From NCBI GenBank assembly GCA_017557505.1, contig JAFYYP010000010.1, positions 2,148 through 66,147 of the forward strand: 64,000 bases of DNA. Direction: 5' to 3'. A program made the position numbers and the translations under genes. Below, in pieces: positions 46,060 through 54,867 of the stretch. Source of the stretch: Bacillota bacterium (GTDB taxonomy: Bacteria; Bacillota; Clostridia; Peptostreptococcales; Anaerovoracaceae). The notes beneath the pieces were generated by a model. It was given only the letters and a program-made list of their open reading frames with translations, did no database searches and was not told the DNA's origin. Positions within the stretch are counted from its first letter, which is position 1. Each line of letters starts with the position of its first letter.

Positions 46060-47663
46060 AGAAGCCCGATTTAAACAAGATCAAGAAACTCGCGAAGGAC
46101 TTCCTCTACGGCAAGCCTCACGGAGAAAGACGCCTCGGCGATCTGTACGAGCCGAAGACCGGTCTCTACAAGCACAGAGAGTGGAGAGGCGTAAAAGATA
46201 CGTTCTATTACTTCAACAACATCTGGCTGTACAACTACGGCATGATGGTCGCCGACATCATGAAGTACGGCGGCCTCATCACGTTCGCGAAGGGCGTGTG
46301 GCGCTACCGCTGGGTAGGCCAATCCTATCTGCCGGTCATGCACTGGTTCGACAGAGGCCTCGAAGGCGTGCGGGGCGAAGCGCTGAGAGCTTCCGCCTGG
46401 CATTACCGCGCCATGGTCAATCAGACGATCGACCAGTTCATGCGCATGTTCAAGGCAGACCAGAACATCGGCGGCAGCAAGGATCTGTACGACCGCACCA
46501 TCGCCCATGACGAAACGGTCTGGGGCGGCGTCTTCTATCCGTACAGAGACCAGCTCGACGATATCCCTCTGCAGATGATCCCGTATTTCGTCACCTGCCA
46601 CGTCAACAACCATACCGTGCTCAACTACATCGACGCGACCCAGGCCCTGGGCCTGCCGGGCGACCCGTGCCCGATGTGCCAGGCGGAATGCGGCCTGATG
46701 ATCCTCGACGACGAGCCGGATTATTATCCCGCCTTCATCACGACGAACGAAGCCTGCGACGCATCCGTTGCGACGTCCGTCATCCAGGACTGGATGATCA
46801 ACAAGCCGCTGTACGCGATGCCGCAGCCGATGCAGTTCGACGACCCGCTCGTGCAGGAGCACTGCGCCAAGGAGATCGAAGGCGCGTTCCGCTTTATCGA
46901 AGAGCAGATGGGCGTCGAATTCCACTGGTCCGAATTGGTCAAGCACCTCGAAGAGCAGAACGAACTGCAGCGCTTCGAGTGGGAGAAGTGGGACGTCGCG
47001 GCCAACACGCCGTACTATCCCATCACCGGCACGGCGCAGGCGCTGTACCGCATCTACCAGAGCCAGCGCGGCAACCGCAAGATCTGGCACGACACCGACA
47101 AGCGGGTCCGCAAGATCCTCGAGAAGTGCGTCGAGCAGAAGATCGAGACGTTCCCGATGACCCGCCACAGAGTCATCGCCTGGTCCTGCGCGCCTCTGTA
47201 TTATTCGCACTGGTGCACCTGGGCCTATAACTGCTGGGGCCTGAACTGCGTCATCAACATGGACTCCCTGATGTTCGACATGACCATCCGCACCGACAAC
47301 TACGACGACATGCTGCTGGATATGGCGCGCTACCACGAATGGGCGCCCATGCGCAGAATGGCCGTCGGCGGCATGCAGCACATCTTCGAGCTGTGGGAGA
47401 ACATGGAGAAGTTCCACTGCGACATGGTCATGATGTACGACCAGCTGCAGTGCAAGGGCATGCAGGGCGTCCACGGCCTGTTCGAGGACGAGTTCCGCGC
47501 CCGCGACATCCACGCGATCTGGATGCCGCACTCGCTGCCCGACAAGCGCACGGTCTCCAGAGCGGAGATCCGCCAGATCATCAACGATTACATGTTCACC
47601 GTCATGCAGGAGGAACCTCTGGATCCCTCCCTGCTGGAATTCGACGACGGCGAAGGCTGGTAA
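46056..47663 (+). CDS. Enlarged 2-hydroxyacyl-CoA dehydratase family subunit (alpha-like, set 1)
   Basis: ATGA overlap with the upstream gene. 535 aa. Conserved Cys contexts GDPCPMCQAECG and NEACDASV. Paralogue of 51774-53771, sharing REWRGxKDTxY and DPSL(L/V)EFDD. Confidence 0.75.
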   Translation: MKKPDLNKIKKLAKDFLYGKPHGERRLGDLYEPKTGLYKHREWRGVKDTFYYFNNIWLYNYGMMVADIMKYGGLITFAKGVWRYRWVGQSYLPVMHWFDRGLEGVRGEALRASAWHYRAMVNQTIDQFMRMFKADQNIGGSKDLYDRTIAHDETVWGGVFYPYRDQLDDIPLQMIPYFVTCHVNNHTVLNYIDATQALGLPGDPCPMCQAECGLMILDDEPDYYPAFITTNEACDASVATSVIQDWMINKPLYAMPQPMQFDDPLVQEHCAKEIEGAFRFIEEQMGVEFHWSELVKHLEEQNELQRFEWEKWDVAANTPYYPITGTAQALYRIYQSQRGNRKIWHDTDKRVRKILEKCVEQKIETFPMTRHRVIAWSCAPLYYSHWCTWAYNCWGLNCVINMDSLMFDMTIRTDNYDDMLLDMARYHEWAPMRRMAVGGMQHIFELWENMEKFHCDMVMMYDQLQCKGMQGVHGLFEDEFRARDIHAIWMPHSLPDKRTVSRAEIRQIINDYMFTVMQEEPLDPSLLEFDDGEGW

Positions 47664-47678
47664 AGGAAGGAACGCGAT

Positions 47679-47882
47679 ATGAAAAAAGCACTGAAAGTTT
47701 TAGGCAAGATCGCCGCAATCGGCGCTGCCGTTTACGCCGCGCTGTTCGCTGTCTTCTATTTCGACCTGGACGGCAAAGCGCTGTTCAAATTCGTGGAGCC
47801 TACGCTGGTCAAGCACTATGACAACATGCCGCGCCGCGACCCGATGAGCCGTCCGTACGGCGACAAGCCCACGAACGAATAA
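47679..47882 (+). CDS. Small single-pass membrane protein (paralogue of 54630-54866)
   Basis: 67 aa with one TM helix IAAIGAAVYAALFAVFYF. It shares LKVLG...YF.(x)LD.K.L with the 78-aa ORF at 54630. Its stop overlaps the htpG start. Confidence 0.55.
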   Translation: MKKALKVLGKIAAIGAAVYAALFAVFYFDLDGKALFKFVEPTLVKHYDNMPRRDPMSRPYGDKPTNE

Positions 47883-49771
47883 TGGAGAAAAGAGAGTTCA
47901 AAGCCGAATCGAGAAGACTGCTCGACCTGATGGTCAACTCGATCTATACGAATAAGGAGATCTTCCTGCGCGAGATCATCTCGAACGCGTCTGACGCCAT
48001 CGACAAACTGTGCCTGATGGCGCTCACGGACCCGTCCATCGGCCTGCGCCGCAGCGACTTCGAGATCACGATCGCGATCGACAAAGAGAATAGGACGCTT
48101 ACCGTTTCCGACAACGGTATCGGCATGAGCGCCGAAGAACTTGAGCAGAATCTCGGCACCATCGCGTTCTCCGGCAGTTCGGAATTCCGTGAACAGCTGC
48201 AGAAAGAACCTTCTGAAAACGCTTCGCAGACCGACATCATCGGCCAGTTCGGCGTGGGATTTTACTCTGCGTTCATGGTGTCCGACCATATCGACGTCGT
48301 CAGCCGCAGGTTCGGAGAAGAGCAGGCGTACCGCTGGAGTTCCGGCGGCGCTGACGGGTTCACGATCGAGCCCGCGGAGCGCGGCACCTGGGGCACGGAC
48401 GTCATCATGCACATCCGCCCGGACGGCGAAGAAAAAGACGAATACAGCCGCTATATGCGCGAATATCCGGTGTACAAACTGGTGAAGAAGTATTCGGATT
48501 ACGTGCGCTTTCCGATCAAGATGCTGCTGCCGAGACCCAAAGAGATGGAAGGCAGCACGCCGGAAGACCCGAAATTCGAAGAGGAGTGGGTGTACGAGAC
48601 GCTCAACTCCATGGTACCGATCTGGAAGCGCCGCAAGACGGAAGTCGAGCCTGAGGAATACGACCGTTTCTATACGGAGACCTACGGCGACCAGAACGTG
48701 CCTCAGACCGTCCTGCCCATATCGGTGGACGGACGCGTCAGCTACGACGCGCTGCTGTACATCCCGTCGAAAGCTCCCGCGGATTACTATTCCGACGAAT
48801 TCCGTCCCGGGCTTTCGCTGTACAGCTCGGGCATTCTGATCATGGAGCGCTGTGAAGAGTTGTTGCCGGAGTATTTCAATTTCGTTCGCGGCGTCGTCGA
48901 TTCGCCCGACCTGTCGCTGAACATCTCCCGCGAGATGCTGCAGCACGACAGGCAGCTGAAACTGATCGGCGAGCACCTCGAAAAGAAGGTGAGGGGCGAG
49001 CTCGAGCGTATGCTGAAGGACGACCGCAAGGCGTACGAACGCTTCTACGGCAACTTCGGCCGCCAGCTGAAGCTGTGCGCGCTCGAGGACTACGGCGCCA
49101 AGCAGGACCTGCTGCAGGATCTGCTGCTGTTCTGGTCCAACACGCAGAACGGCCTGAGCCTGCTGAGCGAATACGTTTCGCGCATGAAGCCCGATCAGAA
49201 ATATATCTACTACGCCTCCGGCGATACTGTTGAGTCTATCGACCGCCTGCCGCAGACGGAAGTCTTAAAGGACGGCGGCTACGAGATCCTGTACTTCAGC
49301 GAAAAGATGGATGAGTTCGTGGCCGACATGTTCCGCAAGTACGCGGACAAGCCGTTCCGCTCCGTGCTGGACGGCGACCTGGGTCTGCCGCCCGCCGAAA
49401 AGAAGGACGAGGCGCTGTACAAGGACGGTCTGGACTTCATCAAGAAGTCGCTGGGAGATAAGGTGGACGAAGTCGTTTCTTCCGCGCGCCTGAAGTCCCA
49501 TCCCGTGTGCCTGTCCAGCGGGGACGGCATCACGTTCGAGATGGAGCGCTATTTCAAGGCGATCGGACAGGAGATGCCCGTCAAGGCGAAACGCATTCTG
49601 GAGGTCAACACGGAACACCCGGCGTTCGCGGCCATCGACCGCACGATGACGGCGAATCCCGAAAAAGCAGCCAAGTACTGCGAAGTGCTGTACAACCAGG
49701 CGCTGCTGATCGCAGGGCTTCCCATCGAGGACCCTAGCGCCTACACGGACCTGCTGTGCAGTCTGTGGTAG
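47882..49771 (+). CDS. htpG: Molecular chaperone HtpG (Hsp90)
   Basis: N-terminal FKAESRRLLDLMVNSIYTNKEIFLREIISNASDAIDKL and GQFGVGFYSAFMV. 629 aa. Confidence 0.95.
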   Translation: MEKREFKAESRRLLDLMVNSIYTNKEIFLREIISNASDAIDKLCLMALTDPSIGLRRSDFEITIAIDKENRTLTVSDNGIGMSAEELEQNLGTIAFSGSSEFREQLQKEPSENASQTDIIGQFGVGFYSAFMVSDHIDVVSRRFGEEQAYRWSSGGADGFTIEPAERGTWGTDVIMHIRPDGEEKDEYSRYMREYPVYKLVKKYSDYVRFPIKMLLPRPKEMEGSTPEDPKFEEEWVYETLNSMVPIWKRRKTEVEPEEYDRFYTETYGDQNVPQTVLPISVDGRVSYDALLYIPSKAPADYYSDEFRPGLSLYSSGILIMERCEELLPEYFNFVRGVVDSPDLSLNISREMLQHDRQLKLIGEHLEKKVRGELERMLKDDRKAYERFYGNFGRQLKLCALEDYGAKQDLLQDLLLFWSNTQNGLSLLSEYVSRMKPDQKYIYYASGDTVESIDRLPQTEVLKDGGYEILYFSEKMDEFVADMFRKYADKPFRSVLDGDLGLPPAEKKDEALYKDGLDFIKKSLGDKVDEVVSSARLKSHPVCLSSGDGITFEMERYFKAIGQEMPVKAKRILEVNTEHPAFAAIDRTMTANPEKAAKYCEVLYNQALLIAGLPIEDPSAYTDLLCSLW

Positions 49772-49787
49772 GCAGAAAGGACGCAAA

Positions 49788-50552
49788 GTGAACGATAAAA
49801 CGATCATCATAGCCGTCTCAGGCAAAGGAGGCGTGGGAAAGACTTCGCTTTCCGCCGCTTTCGTGCGCCTGCTGGCGGAACGCAAACCGGACGCGAAGAT
49901 CCTCGCGATCGACGCGGACCCGGCCATCGGTCTTTCCACGGCGCTCGGCGTCGACGTCAAGACGACGCTCGACGACATCCGCAAGGGCATCGTCACGAGC
50001 GTGGAGGACGGGCGGCCCAAAGAAGCCATCGAGATGCTGTCCGAAGCCCGGTACCGCATCATCGATTCGCTGATCGAGGAGCGGTCGTTTTCCTTCCTGG
50101 CCATCGGACGGCCGGAAGGGGCGGGCTGCTACTGCAAGGTGAATGCCTACCTCAAGGAGGTCATCAGCCTGCTGGCCGGAGACTTCGACTACGTCGTCAT
50201 CGACGGCGAGGCGGGGATCGAACAGATCAACCGCAGGGTCATGGAAAAGGTGACCCACCTGGTGCTCGTCACCGACCCCAGCCGCAAGGGGACCCAAGTC
50301 GTGCAGACCATCAAGAAAGTTGCGGACGAAATGGTGATGTACGAGCGCTGCGGCGCTGTCATCAACAGGGTGTCGGACCCGGACGCCCTGCCATATATCC
50401 ATATCGAGGGCGTGCCCATCCTTGCCGTCGTTCCGGACGACAAGGCGCACGCGACCAACGATATCAAGGGTCTGAGCGTATTCGACCTTCCGCAGGACGC
50501 GCCCGTCATGAAAGGTGCCGCGGAAGCGCTTACAAAACTGGATATTCTGTAA
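49788..50552 (+). CDS. CooC-type (MinD/ParA-fold) metallocentre-maturation ATPase
   Basis: GTG start. Deviant Walker A AVSGKGGVGKTS, DADP, the CooC-type metal motif GAGCYCKVN, and DGEAGIEQ. Confidence 0.8.
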   Translation: MNDKTIIIAVSGKGGVGKTSLSAAFVRLLAERKPDAKILAIDADPAIGLSTALGVDVKTTLDDIRKGIVTSVEDGRPKEAIEMLSEARYRIIDSLIEERSFSFLAIGRPEGAGCYCKVNAYLKEVISLLAGDFDYVVIDGEAGIEQINRRVMEKVTHLVLVTDPSRKGTQVVQTIKKVADEMVMYERCGAVINRVSDPDALPYIHIEGVPILAVVPDDKAHATNDIKGLSVFDLPQDAPVMKGAAEALTKLDIL

Positions 50553-50567
50553 ACCGGGAAGGAGGAT

Positions 50568-51773
50568 TTGCATTTGAAAGATCTGAAGCATCTGATCTAC
50601 TTTGAAGACCTTCTGGAGAATGCGGATAACGAACTCGTCGAGAAGGCGAAGGCCGAAGGGGGCCTTGCCATCGGCTACACCTGCTACCACATTCCCGAAG
50701 TCCTGCTCAACGTAGACAACTGCTTCTCCGTCCGTCTGCGCGCGCCGCGCACGGGATCCATCGACATCGCGACGTACTACATGTCCAACTACACCTGCGA
50801 ATTCGCAAGAGCGCTGGTGGAGAGAGGCATCGAGGGAGGATTCAATTTCCTCGACGGCCTGGCAGGGGTCGACGCGTGCTCGATGATGAACCGCTTTTAC
50901 GAGCACTTCGAGATCCTGAAGATGAACGGGAAGCCAAACTTTTTCGTGACCCACACGGATATGCCGTATAAGATCGAGGATTATACGGTCCGTTCCTACG
51001 TCAAGCAGATGCAGATACGCCTTCTGGACGTGATGCACGAAAGCTACGGCGTGGACGTCTCCGACGCCGCGATCCGCAAGGCGGTCGAAGAGCACAACGA
51101 AGTCTGCCGCATCATCTCCGAAATGAAGGAGATGAGAAAGGCCGACAATCCGGTCATCACAGGTTACGAGTTCCATATCATCAACCTCGTCAGCTACACC
51201 TGTCCGAAGCGGCTCATCCTGCCGTATCTGCGCGAGACGCTCGAAGAGCTGAAGACGCGCGAACCGGACGTCAAGCCGCCGTTCCGCGCCAGAGTAGCGG
51301 TCGTCGGTTCCGAGATCGACGATCCGGGCTTCACGAAGCTGCTGGAGGAATGCGGTGCGCTCGTCGTATCCGACCGGTACTGCTTCGGGTCCACGCCGGG
51401 CAGAGAAGTCATCGAACTGAAAGACGACGAACCGGCGCTCGACCAGATCTGCCGCCGCTACATGGAACTGTCCGAATGCGCGCGCTACATCTCCGACGAG
51501 AAGGTGGCCCAGCGCAGACAGACAGCGGACCGTCTCGCAAGGGAATACAAGGCGGACGGCATCGTGTACGAGCAGATGAAGTACTGCGACTTCTGGGGCT
51601 TCGAAAGAGCGCTCGTCAGCCACATCATGAGCGAAGAGATGGGCTGGCCCGTCCTCTCGATCGACAGAGTGTACAACGCCAAGGCCTCTGGCCAGCTGCG
51701 CACGCGCTTCCAGGCGTTCGTCGAATCTCTGGAGATCAAGAAGATCCATCAGCAGAAAGGAGGAAGGAGCTAA
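50568..51773 (+). CDS. 2-hydroxyacyl-CoA dehydratase / benzoyl-CoA reductase family subunit (beta-like, set 2)
   Basis: TTG start at 50568, or alternatively 50574, after ggaggat. IGYTCYHIPEVLL, VSDRYCFG and SGQLRTRFQAFVESLEIKK. Confidence 0.8.
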   Translation: MHLKDLKHLIYFEDLLENADNELVEKAKAEGGLAIGYTCYHIPEVLLNVDNCFSVRLRAPRTGSIDIATYYMSNYTCEFARALVERGIEGGFNFLDGLAGVDACSMMNRFYEHFEILKMNGKPNFFVTHTDMPYKIEDYTVRSYVKQMQIRLLDVMHESYGVDVSDAAIRKAVEEHNEVCRIISEMKEMRKADNPVITGYEFHIINLVSYTCPKRLILPYLRETLEELKTREPDVKPPFRARVAVVGSEIDDPGFTKLLEECGALVVSDRYCFGSTPGREVIELKDDEPALDQICRRYMELSECARYISDEKVAQRRQTADRLAREYKADGIVYEQMKYCDFWGFERALVSHIMSEEMGWPVLSIDRVYNAKASGQLRTRFQAFVESLEIKKIHQQKGGRS

Positions 51774-53771
51774 ATGGCAGACATCATGAATGCGATCGGC
51801 AAGACGCTGGACCTGGCGAATGACCTGCCCCCTATGCGCATGCCCGACGTGAAAATGCCCAATATCAAATTGCCGAACGTGAACCTTCCGAAAGTGGAAC
51901 TGCCGAAAGTCGACACTTCCAAGGCGAAGGCCGCGGCGGAAAAGCTCCCAAAGTTCTCCGTGCCGAAGTTCTCTCTGCCGAAGTTCGAGAAGAAGGCAAA
52001 GTATCCGAATCCTGCGTTCTTCAAGGCGAAGGACAACATGGACTGGAAGGCCCAGGGCGAAAACCTGAAGGAAGTCGGCGGCATCATCATGCAGCTGTTC
52101 AAGGAAGCGGACTGGAAGGACTTCCTGCTGCGCCAGAAGAATGGCTTTGCAGCTGATTTCGCCCGCGTGAAGAGCGAAGTCGAAGAGCTGTCCGCGATGA
52201 CCCCCGAAGAGCGCAAGGACATCTTCCTCCACGGCGAAAAGCATCTGGGCAAGCTGTACCGCTCCGGCTGCATGGCCACCGTCAGAAGAGAGTGGAGAGG
52301 CGCGAAAGACACCGCCTACGACTTCTACGAATGGCTGCACATGTGGGGCATGCTGCTGGGAACGTTCTCGCACGACCTCGTTCCCGCGCTGAACGCGACG
52401 TTCCACTACCGCTGGATGATCAGCTACATGTGCTGCGTGGGCTTCATGGATAAGAACACGCTCGGCCAGAAGGGCTCCGCCTTGAAGATGAGCCACCTGA
52501 TGATCTACGACATCTTCCGTTACGTAGCGGAGAACCTTGTGTTCCTGGCCAAGTGCGACGAAAAGAACGGCAACAGCAAGGAGCTGAACAAGAAGGTCGT
52601 CCTGTTCGACGAGATGACCATGGGTCAGATCATGGCGGGCTTCCCGGACCTGCTGGGCATTCCGTACCAGCTGATGCCGGTGTTCCTCGTCTCCGAGATC
52701 GACCAGCTCACCTGCGTTCCCTACATCGACGCCGTCGAATCGTTCGGCCTGCCGGCGGATACCTGCCCGGTTCCGTCCTCCGAATGCGGCGCGCTGGTGC
52801 TGGATGCGCTGCCCCACATGGGCGCGTGCTTCATTTCCAGCTCCATGCCGTGCGACGGCTCCGTCATGGCGTCCTCGTACATGTCCAGACGCTTCCCGGA
52901 CCTGCCGGTGTTCCACCTGACGTTCCCGGTGCGTTACGAGTACGAAGAGACCGTCGAAGACGCAGCCGAAGACATCAAGGCGTGCATTAAGTTCGTGGAA
53001 GAAAAGACCGGCGCCAAGTGGAATTGGGACGCTTACTTCACGAACATGAAGCGGTTCAACGAAGAGACGAAGTACGAGCTCGAGAAGTGGGAAGTCAACA
53101 AGACCCCGTATCCGCAGATCATAGGCCCGGCGTACGAACTGTTCCGCAAGTGGAACTACGAGATGGACGGCGGCTCCGATCCGCGCGTTCCCAAGACGTT
53201 CCGCAAGGTCGACAAGATCATGAAGCAGGCGTACGAGCGCAGGGAAGAGGCGTGGCGCGGCAAGATGAAGTACCGCGGCATCGTCTGGAGCTGCCCGGCT
53301 CACTACTACGCGAACTTCAGCAACTGGATCGCGAACTGCTGGGGCGTGGACATCCTCGTTGAGATGGAGAGCCTGAACTTCACCAAGCCTCTGGAGACCG
53401 AGGACAAGGAACTCGCGCTGCAGGATCTGGCAAGGCTGTACGAACGCATGGTCATGAGACGCCACACGAACGGCGGCTACCGCAACGTCGTGGACGAACT
53501 GTGGCGCCAGTGCGAAGCCTGGAACGTCGAGATCATCATCATGTACCAGAACGTGGCATGCAAGAATATGTCCACGCTGCAGGGCATCCTGGATGAACAG
53601 GCCAGAGACAAAGGCTATCACATGATCTGGCTCGAGCACGACCTGATGGATCCGCGTACGGTATCCCGCAAGTCGATGCGCGCGAAGGTCAACGAATATA
53701 TGAGGACCGTCATGAAGGCGGAACCTGTCGATCCGTCCCTTGTGGAATTCGACGACGAAAACGCTATGTAA
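51774..53771 (+). CDS. Enlarged 2-hydroxyacyl-CoA dehydratase family subunit (alpha-like, set 2) with a repeat-bearing N-terminal extension
   Basis: The start directly follows the upstream stop (TAAATG). 665 aa. Cys contexts ADTCPVPSSECG and SMPCDGSV. C-terminal DPSLVEFDDENAM. Confidence 0.75.
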   Translation: MADIMNAIGKTLDLANDLPPMRMPDVKMPNIKLPNVNLPKVELPKVDTSKAKAAAEKLPKFSVPKFSLPKFEKKAKYPNPAFFKAKDNMDWKAQGENLKEVGGIIMQLFKEADWKDFLLRQKNGFAADFARVKSEVEELSAMTPEERKDIFLHGEKHLGKLYRSGCMATVRREWRGAKDTAYDFYEWLHMWGMLLGTFSHDLVPALNATFHYRWMISYMCCVGFMDKNTLGQKGSALKMSHLMIYDIFRYVAENLVFLAKCDEKNGNSKELNKKVVLFDEMTMGQIMAGFPDLLGIPYQLMPVFLVSEIDQLTCVPYIDAVESFGLPADTCPVPSSECGALVLDALPHMGACFISSSMPCDGSVMASSYMSRRFPDLPVFHLTFPVRYEYEETVEDAAEDIKACIKFVEEKTGAKWNWDAYFTNMKRFNEETKYELEKWEVNKTPYPQIIGPAYELFRKWNYEMDGGSDPRVPKTFRKVDKIMKQAYERREEAWRGKMKYRGIVWSCPAHYYANFSNWIANCWGVDILVEMESLNFTKPLETEDKELALQDLARLYERMVMRRHTNGGYRNVVDELWRQCEAWNVEIIIMYQNVACKNMSTLQGILDEQARDKGYHMIWLEHDLMDPRTVSRKSMRAKVNEYMRTVMKAEPVDPSLVEFDDENAM

Positions 53772-53819
53772 GCAAGGGCGGAAAGCCCATATCAGAGAAT
53801 AGAAAAGGAGAAATAGAAA

Positions 53820-54617
53820 ATGAAATATTTTGGCGGATGCGACGTAGGTTCCACCTATACCAAGGCAGTCATCCTCGATGAAAACGGCAATATCTGCGCA
53901 GATACGACCATCAAGAGCAAGATCAACGCGGAGCAGTCCGCGAAGATCGCGATGGAAGAAGTCCTGAACAAGGTGGGTCTGAAGTCCTCCGAAGATCTGG
54001 AATACCTGATCGGTACCGGCTACGGCCGCAACAAGGTTCCCTTCGCTGACGAGAACATCTCCGAGATCTCCTGCCACGCGATGGGCGTGCACGTCACCGA
54101 TCCGACCGTCAAGGCGATCATCGACATCGGCGGCCAGGACGTCAAGGGTATCAGCGTCGACACCGACGGCACCGTGAAGAACTTCGCGATGAACGACAAG
54201 TGCGCCGCAGGCACGGGCCGCTTCTACGAAGCGATGGCCAGAGGTTTCGAGATGACCCTTCCCGAATTCTCCAACCTCAGCCTGAACGCGAAGAACGTCA
54301 TCCCCATCACCGCGCAGTGCACGGTATTTGCCGAATCTGAAGTCATCACCCTGGTAGGCGAAGGCAAGCCCATGGACGAGATCGCGGCCGGCATCCAGAT
54401 GGCTGTCGCCAAGAGATGTTTCGTCATGGCCAAGAAGGCCGGCGCCACCGACAGCATCACCCTGACCGGCGGCTGCGCGAAGAACGCAGGACTGAAGCAG
54501 GCCATCGAGCACGTTCTGAAGCTGAAGGTCATCGACCTGAAGACCGACCCGCAGCTGATGGGCGCTCTGGGCGCAGCGGAATATGCCCGCCAGAAGGGAC
54601 TCGCAAAACTGCAGTAA
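53820..54617 (+). CDS. Acyl-CoA dehydratase activase (HgdC/BcrAD_BadFG ATPase)
   Basis: GCDVGSTYTKAV, EISCHAMG, IDIGGQDVK, MNDKCAAGTGRF and QCTVFAESEVI. Both cluster-bridging Cys contexts are present. Confidence 0.9.
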   Translation: MKYFGGCDVGSTYTKAVILDENGNICADTTIKSKINAEQSAKIAMEEVLNKVGLKSSEDLEYLIGTGYGRNKVPFADENISEISCHAMGVHVTDPTVKAIIDIGGQDVKGISVDTDGTVKNFAMNDKCAAGTGRFYEAMARGFEMTLPEFSNLSLNAKNVIPITAQCTVFAESEVITLVGEGKPMDEIAAGIQMAVAKRCFVMAKKAGATDSITLTGGCAKNAGLKQAIEHVLKLKVIDLKTDPQLMGALGAAEYARQKGLAKLQ

Positions 54618-54629
54618 AGGAGACCTCCC

Positions 54630-54866
54630 ATGACATTTCTTGAGAGAAGAGCCTTGAAAAAGGCCAAGAAAAAGGAAAAGGCCAGGAAGAAGGCCCGCAG
54701 ACAGGCGATCCTGAAGGTATCCGGCACGCTGCTGAAGGTGCTGGGTGCCGTCACAGGCGTGCTGTTTATCGTGTACTTCTGGAACCTGGACCAGAAGCTT
54801 CTGGGCTGGTCCTACGTTCAGGTGAACAAGATCTTCGACCGCAAGGAAGCGGACATCAAGTTCTAA
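54630..54866 (+). CDS. Small single-pass membrane protein (paralogue of 47679-47882)
   Basis: 78 aa. Highly basic N-terminus KKAKKKEKARKKARR and TM helix LKVLGAVTGVLFIVYFW. Confidence 0.55.
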   Translation: MTFLERRALKKAKKKEKARKKARRQAILKVSGTLLKVLGAVTGVLFIVYFWNLDQKLLGWSYVQVNKIFDRKEADIKF

Positions 54867-54867
54867 G

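Noticed and set aside
39098-47531. Alternative ORFs over the molybdoenzyme and first dehydratase module: 39098-39715, 40135-41472(-), 42522-43019(-), 43379-44275(-), 44875-45753(-) and 46071-47531(-).
   Set aside because: Same reasoning as above: they are shadows of well-supported genes.
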